From the NCBI GenBank assembly GCA_038253225.1, contig JBBSHH010000001.1, forward strand, positions 3,537 to 67,536: DNA of 64,000 nt, read 5' to 3'. Below are positions 63,078 through 64,000 of the stretch, piece after piece (the stretch's first letter is position 1; each line of letters opens with the position of its first letter). Under the pieces are notes generated by a model. The model was given only the letters and a program-made list of their open reading frames with translations, was not told the origin of the DNA and did no database searches. Source of the DNA: Mycobacteriales bacterium (GTDB lineage: Bacteria; Actinomycetota; Actinomycetes; JALYNC01). The position numbers and the translations under genes are program-made.

Positions 63078-63401
63078 CTAGCTGATCAGGTCGGCGTACG
63101 CCGGGTGCTCGCGTACCCAGGCGGCCACGAACGGGCACTGCGGCACCGCGGACCGGCGCCCGGCCCGGACGTCGTCGAGGGCGCCCTGGACGAGGCGGCT
63201 GCCGAGGCCGCGACCTTCGTGCGCCGGTTGCACCTCGGTGTGGGTGAAGACGACCCGGTTGCCCTCCTGGCGGTAGGCCGCGAAGCCGGCCACCGCGCCG
63301 TCGCGGTGGATCTCGTACCGGGACGCGCCCGGGTTGTCGGTCACCGTCACGGTGCCGTCGGCGCTGCCAGTCATCCGAGCCTCCCCGAGGCCGGTCATCA
63401 C
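63078..63401 (-). CDS. Small GNAT-like N-acetyltransferase (Acetyltransf_CG / YjdC-like, ~100 aa)
   Basis: RYEIHRDGAVAGFAAYRQEGNRVVFTHTEVQPAHEGRGLGSRLV matches the small CoA-binding GNAT family. The start is either the track ATG 63401 or the downstream ATG 63377. Confidence 0.6.
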   Translation of the reverse strand: MMTGLGEARMTGSADGTVTVTDNPGASRYEIHRDGAVAGFAAYRQEGNRVVFTHTEVQPAHEGRGLGSRLVQGALDDVRAGRRSAVPQCPFVAAWVREHPAYADLIS

Positions 63402-63482
63402 ACTTCAGTGACCCCCCGGCAACGTGCCGCCGCCGCCACGGCTTCCGAGCGCGGCCGCGCGCCTTACACCTACGATAGGAGG

Positions 63483-64000
63483 ATGAAAGAAGAAAGAACT
63501 ACCGCCGGGATGCGCAGTCGTGCCATTCGGGCGCAGGTGGCCGGCCACCGGCTGACGTTGCGTCCAGAAGACGTTCGGTCCGCTCTGGAGCGCGTCGAGC
63601 CGGGGCCGATCCGGGATCATTTCGTCGTGGTGGGCCGTCGGCGGTACCCGGTGAAGCAGGCTCTGGCCGCGGTGACCGGCATCGACCCGGCCGACTTCAC
63701 CAGCCAGCACGCCCGCTCGGTGCTGCGTCGGTTGGGGCTGGGACTCGGCCGACTGTCCGGCGATCCGGTGTCCCCGCCGGGCGGGGTGGCGCATCGGCAG
63801 GCGGGGAAGCAGGCCATGAGCAGCCGCGCGCAGCCCCCCGGCCGGGGACCAACCGACACCGATGCCGGGGAGGTTCTGCGCCCATACCTCAACCGATGGG
63901 TCGCCTGGCAACGCGGCGACGTGCTGGCGGACGGCGACAGCTTCGGGGAGGTGCTGGCCTGGCTCCGGGCGCACCGGGTGACGGCGGACGCGGTCTTCCT
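63483..64000 (+). CDS. Hypothetical protein, 3'-truncated by the window edge
   Basis: Strong SD (taggagg) 4 nt before the ATG and an unusually AT-rich 5' end (atgaaagaagaaagaact...). The open frame runs to the window end, so it is absent from the ORF track. Confidence 0.55.
   Translation, partial: MKEERTTAGMRSRAIRAQVAGHRLTLRPEDVRSALERVEPGPIRDHFVVVGRRRYPVKQALAAVTGIDPADFTSQHARSVLRRLGLGLGRLSGDPVSPPGGVAHRQAGKQAMSSRAQPPGRGPTDTDAGEVLRPYLNRWVAWQRGDVLADGDSFGEVLAWLRAHRVTADAVF

Overview
This is a high-GC (~72%) actinobacterial chromosomal segment carrying about 65 protein genes and 2 tRNAs. The backbone is housekeeping and syntenic with two M. tuberculosis blocks. The first is rpfB-rsmA(ksgA)-ispE ... 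glmU-prs-rplY-pth-mfd-mazG-eno-ftsB-like-DUF501-ppx (Mtb Rv1009-Rv1026 neighbourhood). The second is fadA3-like thiolase, tandem GDSL hydrolases, cbs-metB ... greA-DUF4307-mca (Mtb Rv1074c-Rv1082 neighbourhood). Accessory or poorly characterised modules sit between these blocks. They include an ABC-F ATPase translationally coupled to a ComB-like phosphatase; a divergent OmpR/histidine-kinase pair next to a LolA-like secreted protein plus ABC-2 transporter; a TetR-desaturase pair beside a tRNA-Gln that the ORF track missed; and an ATP-grasp protein divergent from an ABC-2 exporter. They also include a UdgB-like glycosylase followed by a DUF4129/MoxR/DUF58/membrane cluster; ndh with a CFA-synthase-like methyltransferase, ACT protein and def, followed by tRNA-Leu(TAA); and a ChlI-like AAA+ ATPase with its VWA partner abutted by a REP13E12-type DUF222-HNH selfish element and a P-loop kinase. 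Further genes are a ROK kinase, ilvA, arfB, two MFS transporters, a small GNAT and a right-edge-truncated ORF with an atypical AT-rich start. No CRISPR array, integrase or rRNA was seen. Most long ORFs in the track on the opposite strand of these genes are GC-frame artefacts. Manual coordinates may be off by 1-2 nt in places, because my reading of the printed lines disagreed with the ORF track near 54.8 kb and 56.0 kb.
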